DNA of 64,000 nucleotides from Tubulanus polymorphus (Eukaryota > Animalia > Nemertea): the NCBI RefSeq assembly GCF_964204645.1, contig NC_134031.1, forward strand, positions 9,300,001-9,364,000. The letters run 5' to 3'. Below the pieces are notes generated by a model. It had not been told where the DNA came from. It was given only the letters and a program-made list of their open reading frames with translations, and did not search any database. The position numbers and the translations under genes were made by a program. Position 1 is the stretch's first letter; each line of letters begins with the position of its first letter. Shown here piece by piece: positions 35,030 to 45,390 of the stretch.

Positions 35030-35350
35030 GGAGCGGTGTGGGGCAGGGGCACTCAACTCTGGGAAGCCAGGTTGTGGGTTCGAATCCTGTATAGGCTACA
35101 TTAACGTAGTGTCCCTGGCCTGGGCAAGGCACTTATCCTCAGACATTGCCTCTCTCCACCAGGAGTAAGTAGGTAGGCGGCCTACAGGGTCTGAAAGATG
35201 ACTACTTTAGTAGCTGGTCAGATGTTACTTCTCCCACCCCAGGGCCAGGCCAGGGAGAGATGATTGATACGTGGCTGGCATTAGTTATAGCAATTTAATG
35301 GAATTAAGCGCCTTTGAACATTTTATCACAGTGAAACGTATCGCTATCAC
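35030..35350 (+). mobile_element. tRNA-derived SINE
   Basis: B-box GGTTCGAATCC, conserved GTGTCC..TGGGCAAGGCACTT central motif, LINE-like TAAGCGCCTTTGA tail. Confidence 0.7.
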
Positions 35351-37082
35351 TTATTAGTTAGTATCAATCTTTATTTTAGTCTTCTTAACTCAAGTATTAA
35401 GTAAGAGAACCGTTTGCAATTATAATAATGATAATTGTAGTATTGTTGGTTAATAATCACGCTAATAATACAAGTCAGAGTGCGTGTTAAGCAATAAGCA
35501 TTTACCTCTTTTCTACTAATCACATCTGATCTGTTGGATCCAGCAACAAGTTGAACTCTTTCCGAAAACATTTCTTTTTCGAACGCAAATCACGACTTCT
35601 GAAAACTGAATAGCGCGCTGTGAACTTCAACTTCAAAACAAATTTGTTGAACAGCAGTGTATCGAAAAACTGTACGTACAGTGTACTGCGAACTGAACGC
35701 GGCGTCTTCTCACTTAGAAAATTATCGACTTGACAGATTAGTTCGATTTTCGACCGCAGCGGCGCTATACGACATTGGACAAAAGAAACTTTCTACCTTT
35801 TGCCGTAATTCTAGTAGCCTTCAGCGACTCAACGACCTTGATTTAAACTTGATCAATTCAAAGTCTATTTATTGACGCTTTTGGTTACATGAACTGATCA
35901 GCAATATACTTAAATAAAATAACCGGAATAACAAGAAATCAAAAATATTAAAGAGGTAACAAACAAATGCCCGTAAACCTGTCAGACACGCGAACGCCGG
36001 ACTCGTAAACTCTTGGACTCGGACCAGCTGAGCAATAAATTCATAAAATTGACTTTGAAATTGATTGTGGAGAAGAGAGGGAATTATTCGATAGCGTTCC
36101 TCGAAAAGAAGAGAGAAATATCGGTAAGAAAACACAACATGGCTACTAATTGAATGGAGCCAAATTTCCGATGTTTACGGCTCGACAGTGCCTTTAAAAC
36201 GTGGATTTATCAAAATTCCCATGCAGTATCTGGAGATTGAAGTGAGCTGAAGGACATCATACGGATTGTATCGGCGACAGCGGTAAGGTAAGGAAGCCTT
36301 TACACTTTTAACAAAAACTATGTGGAAAAGGGAAAAAAAAATAATAATAATCACGCGAATTTCAATAGGGTTTTCTGTGAAGAAACAGAAAACCCTAATG
36401 AAGCATATCCAACCCATTTTTGTAATTCAGTCATAACTAAATAGTCATTTTTCAAATCACTATATAGTTTATTTTCATCATCAATTGGTATTAACTGGTT
36501 ACATAACTTAGAATAACATTTGACAATACCATCTGAAATAGAATCATTTATTCGGGCTAATCTTGCTTCTTCATAAATCTTAAAATATTTTATTACTTTA
36601 TCTGGTTTCATAGCATCTAATTCTTGAAAAGTTATTATTTTTCCCAAGAAATCCTTAGTTTTTCCACCGGCAATCAATAGTTCTAGATGATGCTTACAAT
36701 ATAAATAGTATTCATAATCTATATTACAATAACTTGAGCACAATTAGTTACAACTGTATCTTTATTATCACTTATACCCAAATCATCTAATGTCTTTTCA
36801 ATATCAATACTATTCTTATTAGATTTCTTTGACATTTATATTAGAGAAAAAAAGCCAAACAAATATTATAAGTATTATAAAATGATACCAGTATCTCTTT
36901 AGATTAATCCTAGCTTAGTTAAAGGTAAAGAATTTTAGTATTAGTTATTGTTTTTTTAGTATTTTTTATTTGTGGTATAAAGTATTCTTTTTTGAAAAGA
37001 AAATATTAAAAATGTAATAGAATTCACTAGCTAGTGGAAGTTATTGTTTTTTTAATATTTTTTATTTAAAATCTTTTATTCT

Positions 37083-37751
37083 TTAACCACTCATTAAAGA
37101 CTCAACGTATTGTTCATTATTTGGATCATTGTTCCATTGATCAATAAATTTCTTTGCCTTTGTTAACTGTTCTAAATATAACTGTAAATCTAGTTTATTA
37201 GATTTAATTATGTTTTCCTTCTTTTCTAAAGGTCTTAGATTCTTCCAATTCCAAATAAGTTTTTTATTGTATTCATCATTCATGTCAAATTTAGAAATCG
37301 GCAACACGTGATCAATATGAAAGTATTTACCATAATTATCTATATTCATTTTATCATCGAATTGATATATTATCCATGATTTGAGAAATTCATCTGAACA
37401 ACCCAACAAATTAGATAGTGTTTCTGAATGTGTTTCTTTGTTGAATAATTGTGTTAATCTAGATCTTAAGCATTGTTTCAATCTAAAATTAAGATCTGTT
37501 TTATATCTTTCTCTCATATATTCTGCCATATAATAATTATAATGTTCTATATTATCTTCTCGATATTGTTTGGTATATAGTTTAGTACAAGTTTTACAGC
37601 AATATTGAAAACCATCTTTGCTAATCTTACGCTTACTAAATTCTGTTAAAGCTAATTTATCTATTTCACATTTAGAACACTTCTTGTGGTATATGTTTAT
37701 GACACCAGTGTTATTTGTAATATTTATAGTTTGTGGTTGTTCTGGTTCCAT
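37083..37751 (-). CDS. HNH/endonuclease VII-like protein with N-terminal CxxC pairs
   Basis: CSKC..CKTC; HIDHVLPIS...WKNLRPLEKKENIIKSNK; homolog at 56852-57526. Confidence 0.8.
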   Translation of the reverse strand: MEPEQPQTINITNNTGVINIYHKKCSKCEIDKLALTEFSKRKISKDGFQYCCKTCTKLYTKQYREDNIEHYNYYMAEYMRERYKTDLNFRLKQCLRSRLTQLFNKETHSETLSNLLGCSDEFLKSWIIYQFDDKMNIDNYGKYFHIDHVLPISKFDMNDEYNKKLIWNWKNLRPLEKKENIIKSNKLDLQLYLEQLTKAKKFIDQWNNDPNNEQYVESLMSG

Positions 37752-38256
37752 TTATTATACATATTTTTTTACTAAATTGATTTTAGAAGTTATTCTTTTA
37801 TATGTTATTCATGAATATATATGAATTATTTCAATAAAACTTTACTAACACTTTTAATGTTTAAAAATCTAACTCATACAAATATAAATATTGAAATATG
37901 TTTAAAATATACCTATGTATTAGATACCCTATTAGATACCATATTAGATACCCTAATACCTGATACCCTATTAGATACCTTAATTACTTAAAACCCCCTT
38001 TTTAAAAACAAATATTATTTATACAATTTTCAACCAATTTATTTTTATTTTTTCAACTAATATATGAATAAGTTTGAAAATCATAAAGGTTATGTATTAT
38101 TACTGAGGTTTCAATATAAATTTACAAAAGAAATATAATTTAAGGTATTTTCAAATAATACGTATTAGATATGTATTAGATATGTATTAAATACCTATTA
38201 GATACCTTAATACCCCTTTTTTATTTACTATTATTTTATACAATTTTCAACCTTTA

Positions 38257-39066
38257 TTACTTTTTGAGTGTTAGATAATTACTTTCTGAATCACTTTCAT
38301 CATCACTCTCCAATTCATTATCAGACCCTAACAATTTATTCAAATTCTCTACCGAATTTTCTTCTTCAAATTCTCTATTATTTTTATACTTATTTTTCAC
38401 CTTTTTTACCGAATCATCAATAGTTTTTTCATTGTTATGCTTATTCATCCAATCAAATTTATCATTATTTTCTACTTTATGTTTCATAGAATCTTTATTA
38501 GTGTTTGCTCCTAATATTTCATTTACAGTGTTTGATCCTAATATTTCATTAGCATCGGTTAGATCTAATTCATCTTTATTAGGTGTTGCTAATAAAAAAT
38601 CTTCATATAATTCTTTACCATTTACTTTTTTATTTGAAACAAATTTTGTAACATATCTAAATGGGTGTTCTATAAATTCTTTTAAACCAACACGTTCTAT
38701 AACATTATTTATATGTACCCTTGTATTCATATGTTTATTCCATTTTGATGGAGCGTTTGAAAATTCACCTTTACAATAATCACAATTATTTCTATTTTCA
38801 CTAACATTTAATATTATTGCATTATTTGATGTAGAAGGTATTACATTATTAGATGTAGAAGGTATTACATTATTATCAATTACATTACTTAAATTATCAA
38901 CAACACCACTTTTATTATTATCGATTTCTATTAGTTTAGTTTTATAAATTTTGAAAATAGGATCAAATTTCAAAGCTATATTACAAGGTATTACATAATA
39001 TAAACCATCATTATTTTCATGTGTATCGATGTATGGAATATGTTTATATACTTTACCTCCTTCCAT
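38257..39066 (-). CDS. Variable protein with one C2H2/matrin-like zinc finger
   Basis: CDYC..KWNKHMNTRVH; 269-aa ORF with TAAATG start. Confidence 0.65.
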   Translation of the reverse strand: MEGGKVYKHIPYIDTHENNDGLYYVIPCNIALKFDPIFKIYKTKLIEIDNNKSGVVDNLSNVIDNNVIPSTSNNVIPSTSNNAIILNVSENRNNCDYCKGEFSNAPSKWNKHMNTRVHINNVIERVGLKEFIEHPFRYVTKFVSNKKVNGKELYEDFLLATPNKDELDLTDANEILGSNTVNEILGANTNKDSMKHKVENNDKFDWMNKHNNEKTIDDSVKKVKNKYKNNREFEEENSVENLNKLLGSDNELESDDESDSESNYLTLKK

Positions 39067-39098
39067 TTATATAATAAATTTTTATTAAAGTTAAAATT

Positions 39099-40346
39099 TT
39101 AATACATAACATTATTCAATTGAGAATTTACAATATTTAATTGCGCGTCAGATATAATATAAATGTGCATTTTGAAATTTAGACTTCCTTTTTTCTTTGT
39201 CATGAATAATTGTATTCCATCTTTAGTGTTTTGTAATTTTTTTCCATAACCATGTAATGAATTATCCTCTGTTGTTCTAAAATCTAACCATAATGCATAT
39301 TTATTACCGGTATAATAATCAATTTGATTAATATTACAATTTTCAGATGATTTCACTTTTTCATTCATAAAATGTTTTCTAATTTCTGACCATTGATCAA
39401 TCATTCTCATTCCTTGACAAAATATTTTATTTGCTATTCCTTCGATAGTTATTTCTACTTTTGTTATTTCAGGATTATAATACTTATCAACCTGTATTGC
39501 ACCATTAGAATATGTTGCAATGGTAAAAAATATTAATATGCCTTTAATAGATCTCCTTGGGAAGTTAATATTCTCATTAATAATTTCATCATTGGCATTA
39601 ATAGTTACGGTTTTAAATTTATCAATATAATCATATAATAATGAAAATCCTTGATTGTATTTAGTTTGAATTATACTTGAAATATTTTCATCAGTTACTG
39701 TGTCATATTCTAAACATATATTCGATAATTTATAACTCATATCTTTAACAACGCTAGATATTACAATTTCATTAACAGGAGCAAATGTTATTTCGAATAT
39801 AACGTCTTCTTGAATTGCATATTTATATAAAGGCGCATTATTATTTATCAATTCAAAGTCTAATGGGATTTTATATTTGCTTCCATAAATCTTTTTTATC
39901 AAATTATCTGCAGTACGAGTTACTATTGCGTCATTAGCTCCCGATCTTAATTTATTTTGGTTTTCTGATTGGATTCCTTGAAATATCATATTATTTCTAT
40001 TTTCTTTAGTTAACCATAAATCTTTATAATGCATAAATAAATTATAATCATCTAATGAGAAAACTGTTTCTGGACCAATCTTTATAGTTAATTTTTTAAT
40101 CAAATATCTTCCAACATTATCAACAATATAATTATTATTATTACCGATTACTTTTATATCGGCTGATAAATAAATACTATTTGGAACGTAAAAAGTATTT
40201 TGTGTTAATCGAGGAATTCTAACATATAAAGTTTCATCAGGATTAATATTTGAAGGATTATGAGTAATTATATGATGTGATCTTTCTGCTTTAATAGCAT
40301 TAGATATTCTATGATTATTAGAAGGATTGATATAACTCCCACTCAT
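39099..40346 (-). CDS. Putative major capsid protein (double jelly-roll)
   Basis: 415 aa, beta-rich; HNPS.INPDETLYVRIP, VDNVGRYLIKKLTIKIG, Y.LSNICLEYD, PRRSIKGILIFF resemble adintovirus-type MCPs; highly conserved with 62372-63619. Fold is inferred. Confidence 0.75.
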   Translation of the reverse strand: MSGSYINPSNNHRISNAIKAERSHHIITHNPSNINPDETLYVRIPRLTQNTFYVPNSIYLSADIKVIGNNNNYIVDNVGRYLIKKLTIKIGPETVFSLDDYNLFMHYKDLWLTKENRNNMIFQGIQSENQNKLRSGANDAIVTRTADNLIKKIYGSKYKIPLDFELINNNAPLYKYAIQEDVIFEITFAPVNEIVISSVVKDMSYKLSNICLEYDTVTDENISSIIQTKYNQGFSLLYDYIDKFKTVTINANDEIINENINFPRRSIKGILIFFTIATYSNGAIQVDKYYNPEITKVEITIEGIANKIFCQGMRMIDQWSEIRKHFMNEKVKSSENCNINQIDYYTGNKYALWLDFRTTEDNSLHGYGKKLQNTKDGIQLFMTKKKGSLNFKMHIYIISDAQLNIVNSQLNNVMY

Positions 40347-40386
40347 TTATTTAACAAAAAAATTAATTATTTATTTTGAATCATGT

Positions 40387-42105
40387 TTACTTGATATTTT
40401 TTGATATCATATTTACTAACCCAAAAATAATAGCACTTACAGCTGTAATTAAAAATAAAATAATATGTTCAGCAGCAAAGTTAATAATGTTCCCTGCAGA
40501 TTTCAATATAAAACCAACAATTGATGCAATAACTCCTGGTAATGCTGCAGCAGATTTTTTAGATAGTTCCCATAATTATTTTGCTAATTTCTTTAAACCA
40601 TCCTTAACTTTATCTTGTATAGAATTATTATCTGGAGGTTTATCTGGTTTATTGGGAGTAGGAGTAGATTTCAGTGAATTTGATATAGCTAAACCTATTG
40701 TTGTAAATAACATAGTTACAGCTGTTAGAATTGAAAGAATTGTGATTCCTTCAAACTTAAATAATAATTTTATTCTATCTTTCAATGATATTTTAGAATC
40801 TGGTTTAATCAACAAATCTTTAAAAATAACTTTTAATCTATTAATATTATAATCATATGATTTTAATAATAATTTAATTTCTTCTTTTTGTAATTCTGTG
40901 TTATATTCTAAATCATCTTTTTCTAAATACGCATTTCTTTTTTTAAATTCGATTTCTTCAATAACTTTATTATCTCTATCTAATTTTAGTTGTTCTATTT
41001 CTTTATTTTTATCAGTTAATTCTTTTTCTAAAGTTCTAATTTTAATATCTCTTTTACTTTTTTCATGCGCAATTTTATCAGCTGATTCTTGCATACCTTT
41101 AATTTCTCTACGTGTTTGTTCAGGAAATGCTTCTAATTCATCATCAGTTAAATCAAATAATCCTTTTTCTAGTAAAGATTGTATTCGATTTATTCCAGTT
41201 TCAGCACCGGGTGTATCTAAAATACTATTCATCTCTTCGTCAAATGATTGAACTGTATCTAACATGTTACCAAAATGTTTTACTAATTGTAATTGACTTG
41301 AATCATTATCAATTTGTTGAATATCTCTTCTCGATGTTTCGGGCGTTGAAGATCTTAATTTATCTAATCGATCTCCATACTCTTCCATTTCTGGATCAAC
41401 ATCAGGAGGATTTAAATTCGGATTTTTAAATGGTGAATATTTGTTTATATCAATATTAGGAATTGGTTCTTCTTCATTTATTCTATCGATTGCATTCCAT
41501 ATAATTCTGAGAAATTCTCTACCACCTTTTGAACGTTCAATTGAAGATCCTGCACGCATTTCAGGATGGTACAGATCTTCTTGTCCCATTTTAGATAATT
41601 GAATTGATACAGTTTCGTTATTTAATTCAACTTTATAAAACCATGAATCTTTTTTAAATTCTAAATTATTCATGAAAAATGGATCATCTTCTACAATTTG
41701 TATTGCAATATCTTCTGGTTCAATGTTATATGTTACATTTTTTGGTAATAATTCTTCAATAACTGGATTTGTTACACTATGTTTTATGTATAATAATTCT
41801 TTTTTCAATACAGGGTTTTCTGTTCTTTCTAATCTATTAATTAAATCTTTTCTTTCTGGTCTAGTTTTAATTATTATCTCATCGCGGGTTCTTAAATAAT
41901 CTATTAATTTTTCACTTGTTTCAGTATCATCTTTAAATTCATCATAATCATATAATATAGGCCCACTAGAATCATCTTCACCTAAATTAGTATTATATGC
42001 TGCTCCACCATCATTATCAATATTAGTTTCATTAAAATCAGGTTGTGGTTCATCACTTATACCGGGGGCGTCACCAAAAGTATCCATTGGAATATCTTCT
42101 TCCAT
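40387..42105 (-). pseudogene. Acidic coiled-coil protein with C-terminal TM helices (frameshift near 40576)
   Basis: 509-aa ORF; the tail in another frame matches the intact 63665-63991. Confidence 0.75.
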
Positions 42106-42117
42106 TTATATAAAAAA

Positions 42118-43466
42118 TTAAAATTTAAAATATAATATTCCTCCGATTACAATTCCTATACAAGTTAAAGCTAATTTAGTATTTTCATGGGATTTATTAT
42201 CATCATTTAGTTTAATTATATCATGTTGAATATTATCAGTTTTTATATTTTCTGATGTATTGAAATCTTTTATTTTAGAATCATTATTTAATTTGATATT
42301 TTTAGTTTTAGTTTCAGTTGATTGAATATGTTTTTTATTTTTTTCACCTTCCATTAATTTTGGAGCAGTAATAATCTTTTTATTTATATCATTTAACCCA
42401 AATGAATTATTTATTGTTGCAGTTTTAATTAGATTATCGTAACCAATTATGTTTCCCATCTTTAATACTAAATCATTAGAAATGATTAATAGATTAGGGC
42501 CTATACAATAATTTAGTCTTACATGTGATTTATCTAAATAATTTTGATATCTTACAATGTTTTCTGGAATCGATCTATTTTTATCATTATGAATTGAATC
42601 TTCAAATAATACTTTGAATTGTCTCTGCGCATCGAATGAAGTGTTATCATTTCCAATTATTGGGGATCTTGTTTCAACTTGAGCACCTAAAATACATATC
42701 AAATAAGTTCTAATAGATTGATTTATTCTTTGTATACCAGCTTTAGTAAAACCTTCACCATTTTCTAAAATGAAATTAACCCAACCATTATTGTTTTGTT
42801 GTTGTATATTATTATAATATTTTGGTAATTCATTCCAATTTAGTGTTCTTATATCTGAATTTGTCATTATTTTTCCAAATTCTTTAGTATACAATATTCC
42901 TAATCCACCCATTGTTCCAATTTTTGCTCTAAAATCTTTATTTGAATTAATATAAAATTCATTACATATTTTATAAAACTTAGAGAAAAAATTAATATTA
43001 TTATTCAATTCTTTAAAATATTTTGAACCTGGTGAAGGACATTCTAATTCATCTAATATTAATTTCATTTGAAAATATGTTTGAAATCTAAACAGTGATA
43101 ACATCAATGGTAAACTTGGTTTGTTTAAATGATCATTCCAACTAATTCCACATCCTGTTGTTGCACAATAAACAGCAAAATTTAATTGGTTCTGCCAATA
43201 CTTCATATTAGATTTTAATAACCATTGTTTTGCCTCATTTAAATTTTTGAAATTAATTGTATACACATGAAATATATTTTCCATCTTTACATGAAAATTA
43301 TTACTTTCAGTAACATAAATATATAAATTAATTAATTAATTAATTAATCAATTAATGAATTTAAAACTTCATTTCTATATGTAATATCTTTATTAAAATC
43401 TATTGCAGGAATATTGTATTTGATTGATTTATTATATTGGAAAGCTTTTGGAAAACTATCTACCAT
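42118..43466 (-). pseudogene. Conserved Polinton-like protein with C-terminal TM anchor (5' part disrupted)
   Basis: YWQNQLNFAVYCATTGCGIS, GFTKAGIQRINQSIRTY; TAAATG start at 43466 upstream of the 388-aa ORF. Confidence 0.65.
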
Positions 43467-43482
43467 TTATATAATTAAAAAA

Positions 43483-43917
43483 TTAATAATTTATTAATTC
43501 TTTTAATAATTTATCTTGTTCTTCAACTGTTATATGGCCATTTAAACTTATTATATAATCTAGTGTATTCTTTAATTTATTAATCTCTTTTATATTAGTT
43601 TTAATTTTTTCTTTATTACTTTTTATATTTATTTTTGAACTTATACCAGTTAAAACACTTGAACTTAATCCTAATACGCCAATTGATATAGCTAAAGGTG
43701 TTAATGGACTGAATATTGCTAGAAATGTTATTACAGAACTAATTGTAACCGAACCACTTATAATCAAATAATATATAATTTTAGATTTTAAATATTTTTT
43801 CTTTTTTATCTTTAAGTCACTTTCAAATTCTAATATTTGTTTTTCTAAATATGTTTTTAATTTAGTTTTATTTATATCATGAGGAATAATATCAATATTA
43901 TCAACTTTATCTTCCAT
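43483..43917 (-). CDS. Coiled-coil / hydrophobic hairpin protein
   Basis: Two adjacent hydrophobic segments flanked by Lys-rich helices. Confidence 0.65.
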   Translation of the reverse strand: MEDKVDNIDIIPHDINKTKLKTYLEKQILEFESDLKIKKKKYLKSKIIYYLIISGSVTISSVITFLAIFSPLTPLAISIGVLGLSSSVLTGISSKINIKSNKEKIKTNIKEINKLKNTLDYIISLNGHITVEEQDKLLKELINY

Positions 43918-43932
43918 TTATTTAGAAAAAAA

Positions 43933-44357
43933 TTACTTATTAGTAAATTTATATGCTACAAATATAACAATAACAGTTCCACCTAAAATCCAAATTTTTT
44001 CATATTTCTGTTGTTCTTTACTTGGGGTATAATAATCTGATAATTTAGGTTTGTATAGATGTAATTTTTCTTTATTGGGTACCGCGTTATATAAACTCAT
44101 TGCATCATCAACTGATTGAAAATCTCTATGTGAAATCTTCTGATCATATAATTCCTTGTTAATATAATCCATATAGTTTTGTTGTTTTTCTCTATATTCT
44201 TCCGCTGCTTTATTATATTTCTCTAATTCTAAGTTATGTCTTTTTGTTCTGTTAATGATCCATTTTTATCAATATGTTTAAATAAATATCCACCACCAGT
44301 AAATGCTAAAGCGTTAACAATTGCCGATCCTATAATAGTTATAACTGCAGAAGCCAT
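43933..44357 (-). pseudogene. Small membrane protein (MASAVITIIGSAIVNALAFTGGGYLF...), frameshifted
   Basis: TAAATG start at 44357, hydrophobic N-terminus; 79-aa ORF supplies PKLSDYYTPS..Q plus a TM tail. Confidence 0.65.
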
Positions 44358-44381
44358 TTATTTAGTAAAATAATTATGCAT

Positions 44382-44603
44382 TTATATGGGAGGAATATAT
44401 TTTTGTTTTTCCAAATAATCAATAGTTAAATTAGATAAAGTAACTGTTAACGTTAATTTTAAGATATCATTTATATCAAATCTATCAACATTAACACTTC
44501 CCATTTTGAATACTTTTTTTAATACCATTGAATAACCAACGGTTCCAACTGATAGTAATGCTCCATTATATAATCCAGTTATTATCCACTTATTATCACT
44601 CAT
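44382..44603 (-). CDS. Small hydrophobic protein
   Basis: 73-aa ORF in the tightly packed same-strand array, TAAATG start. Confidence 0.6.
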   Translation of the reverse strand: MSDNKWIITGLYNGALLSVGTVGYSMVLKKVFKMGSVNVDRFDINDILKLTLTVTLSNLTIDYLEKQKYIPPI

Positions 44604-44960
44604 TTATTTATCAAAAAAATTACTATCATCAAAATATCTAGTTAACTTATTTACGATTAATTCAACATTTATTTCATTACTAGTTTCATTTGTATATATT
44701 TCAATTATTATTTTTTTAATATCATCGATGATAAAATCTACATCTAATTCATAAAATCTTAAAGATTCTCTAATTAAATTAGTAATCTTTTCTACATTAA
44801 AAGTTTCTTTATCTATTGTTGTTTCATACTCAAATGTTGTTTCATTAGAAAATGCAATATTTTTAATATGTGTAATTACATCATTAACGTTGAATTTCAT
44901 TTCTTTCTCATGTTTAAAATCAAACCCAAAACATATACCCGGTCCAACAGTTATATTCAT
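44604..44960 (-). CDS. Hypothetical protein
   Basis: 118-aa ORF whose stop abuts the next ATG. Confidence 0.55.
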   Translation of the reverse strand: MNITVGPGICFGFDFKHEKEMKFNVNDVITHIKNIAFSNETTFEYETTIDKETFNVEKITNLIRESLRFYELDVDFIIDDIKKIIIEIYTNETSNEINVELIVNKLTRYFDDSNFFDK

Positions 44961-44976
44961 TTATATAGGTGAAAAA

Positions 44977-45390
44977 TTACTCTTTACATCTTACAACTAA
45001 TTCATAAATTACAGGAAAGTTATTCAAATCAATTAAATAACCATTGTGATTTCTTATTTCTAATTTAAAATTATTAAATTTAGGAACGCAAGGTATAAAA
45101 TCACATTCTGTTAAATTATAATTTATTTGCGTTCCAAATTGTTTAACATTTTTCAGCGGTAAAATATTTAGTATACTAGAATTACAAATTGTTTCTTTAG
45201 TTGCTTCGAATGTTTTTGTAGGCTCGATTAAATTGCAATAAATATAAAAGTGTGTAAAAGGTATTATATTTAAATTACCATCTATGTTTCCTGTAACAGT
45301 ATCTGGTGCAATTCCTAGCAATTTAGCTAATGGTTTTTTTTACCATAAATGCATGTTGACTTTCATCATATACCTTTATTGAACTGAAAA
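44977..45390 (-). pseudogene. Putative minor capsid (penton) protein, C-terminal part
   Basis: FYIYCNLIE..SSILNILP..FKLEIRNHNGYLIDLNNFPVIYEL, typical of the Polinton penton C-terminus; 5' end lost in a deletion fusing it to pPolB. Confidence 0.65.

Larger units (their letters stand above)
23009..35803 (-). mobile_element. Mutator-like element with 9-bp TSD carrying SGNH / Ulp1 / GATA-finger coding sequence
   Basis: TIR GCAAAAGGTAGAAAGTTTCT / AGAAACTTTCTACCTTTTGC; TSD CGTAATTCT at 23000-23008 and 35804-35812. No DDE core recognised, so the superfamily rests on TSD length and Ulp1 cargo. Confidence 0.72.
19989..36397 (-). mobile_element. Helentron/HINE-type rolling-circle element with nested insertions
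   Basis: Inserted in a TT/AA run with no clear TSD. One end has sub-TIR plus inverted copy TAGGGTTTTCTGT-GAAGA-AACAGAAAACCCTA (36366-36397); the other has sub-TIR GGGTTTTCTGT (~20014) and hairpin GCTGCAAAGCAGC. No Rep/helicase seen. Confidence 0.75.
19822..36835 (-). pseudogene. Polinton-like ~200-aa protein split by the Helentron-type insertion (19822-19988 and 36398-36835)
   Basis: Halves join as KWVGYAS|FQLGS, matching the intact 57830-58432. Confidence 0.88.

Noticed and set aside
35030-35100. Possible tRNA gene (GGTTCGAATCC)
   Set aside because: No convincing cloverleaf; it continues into SINE body and tail motifs.
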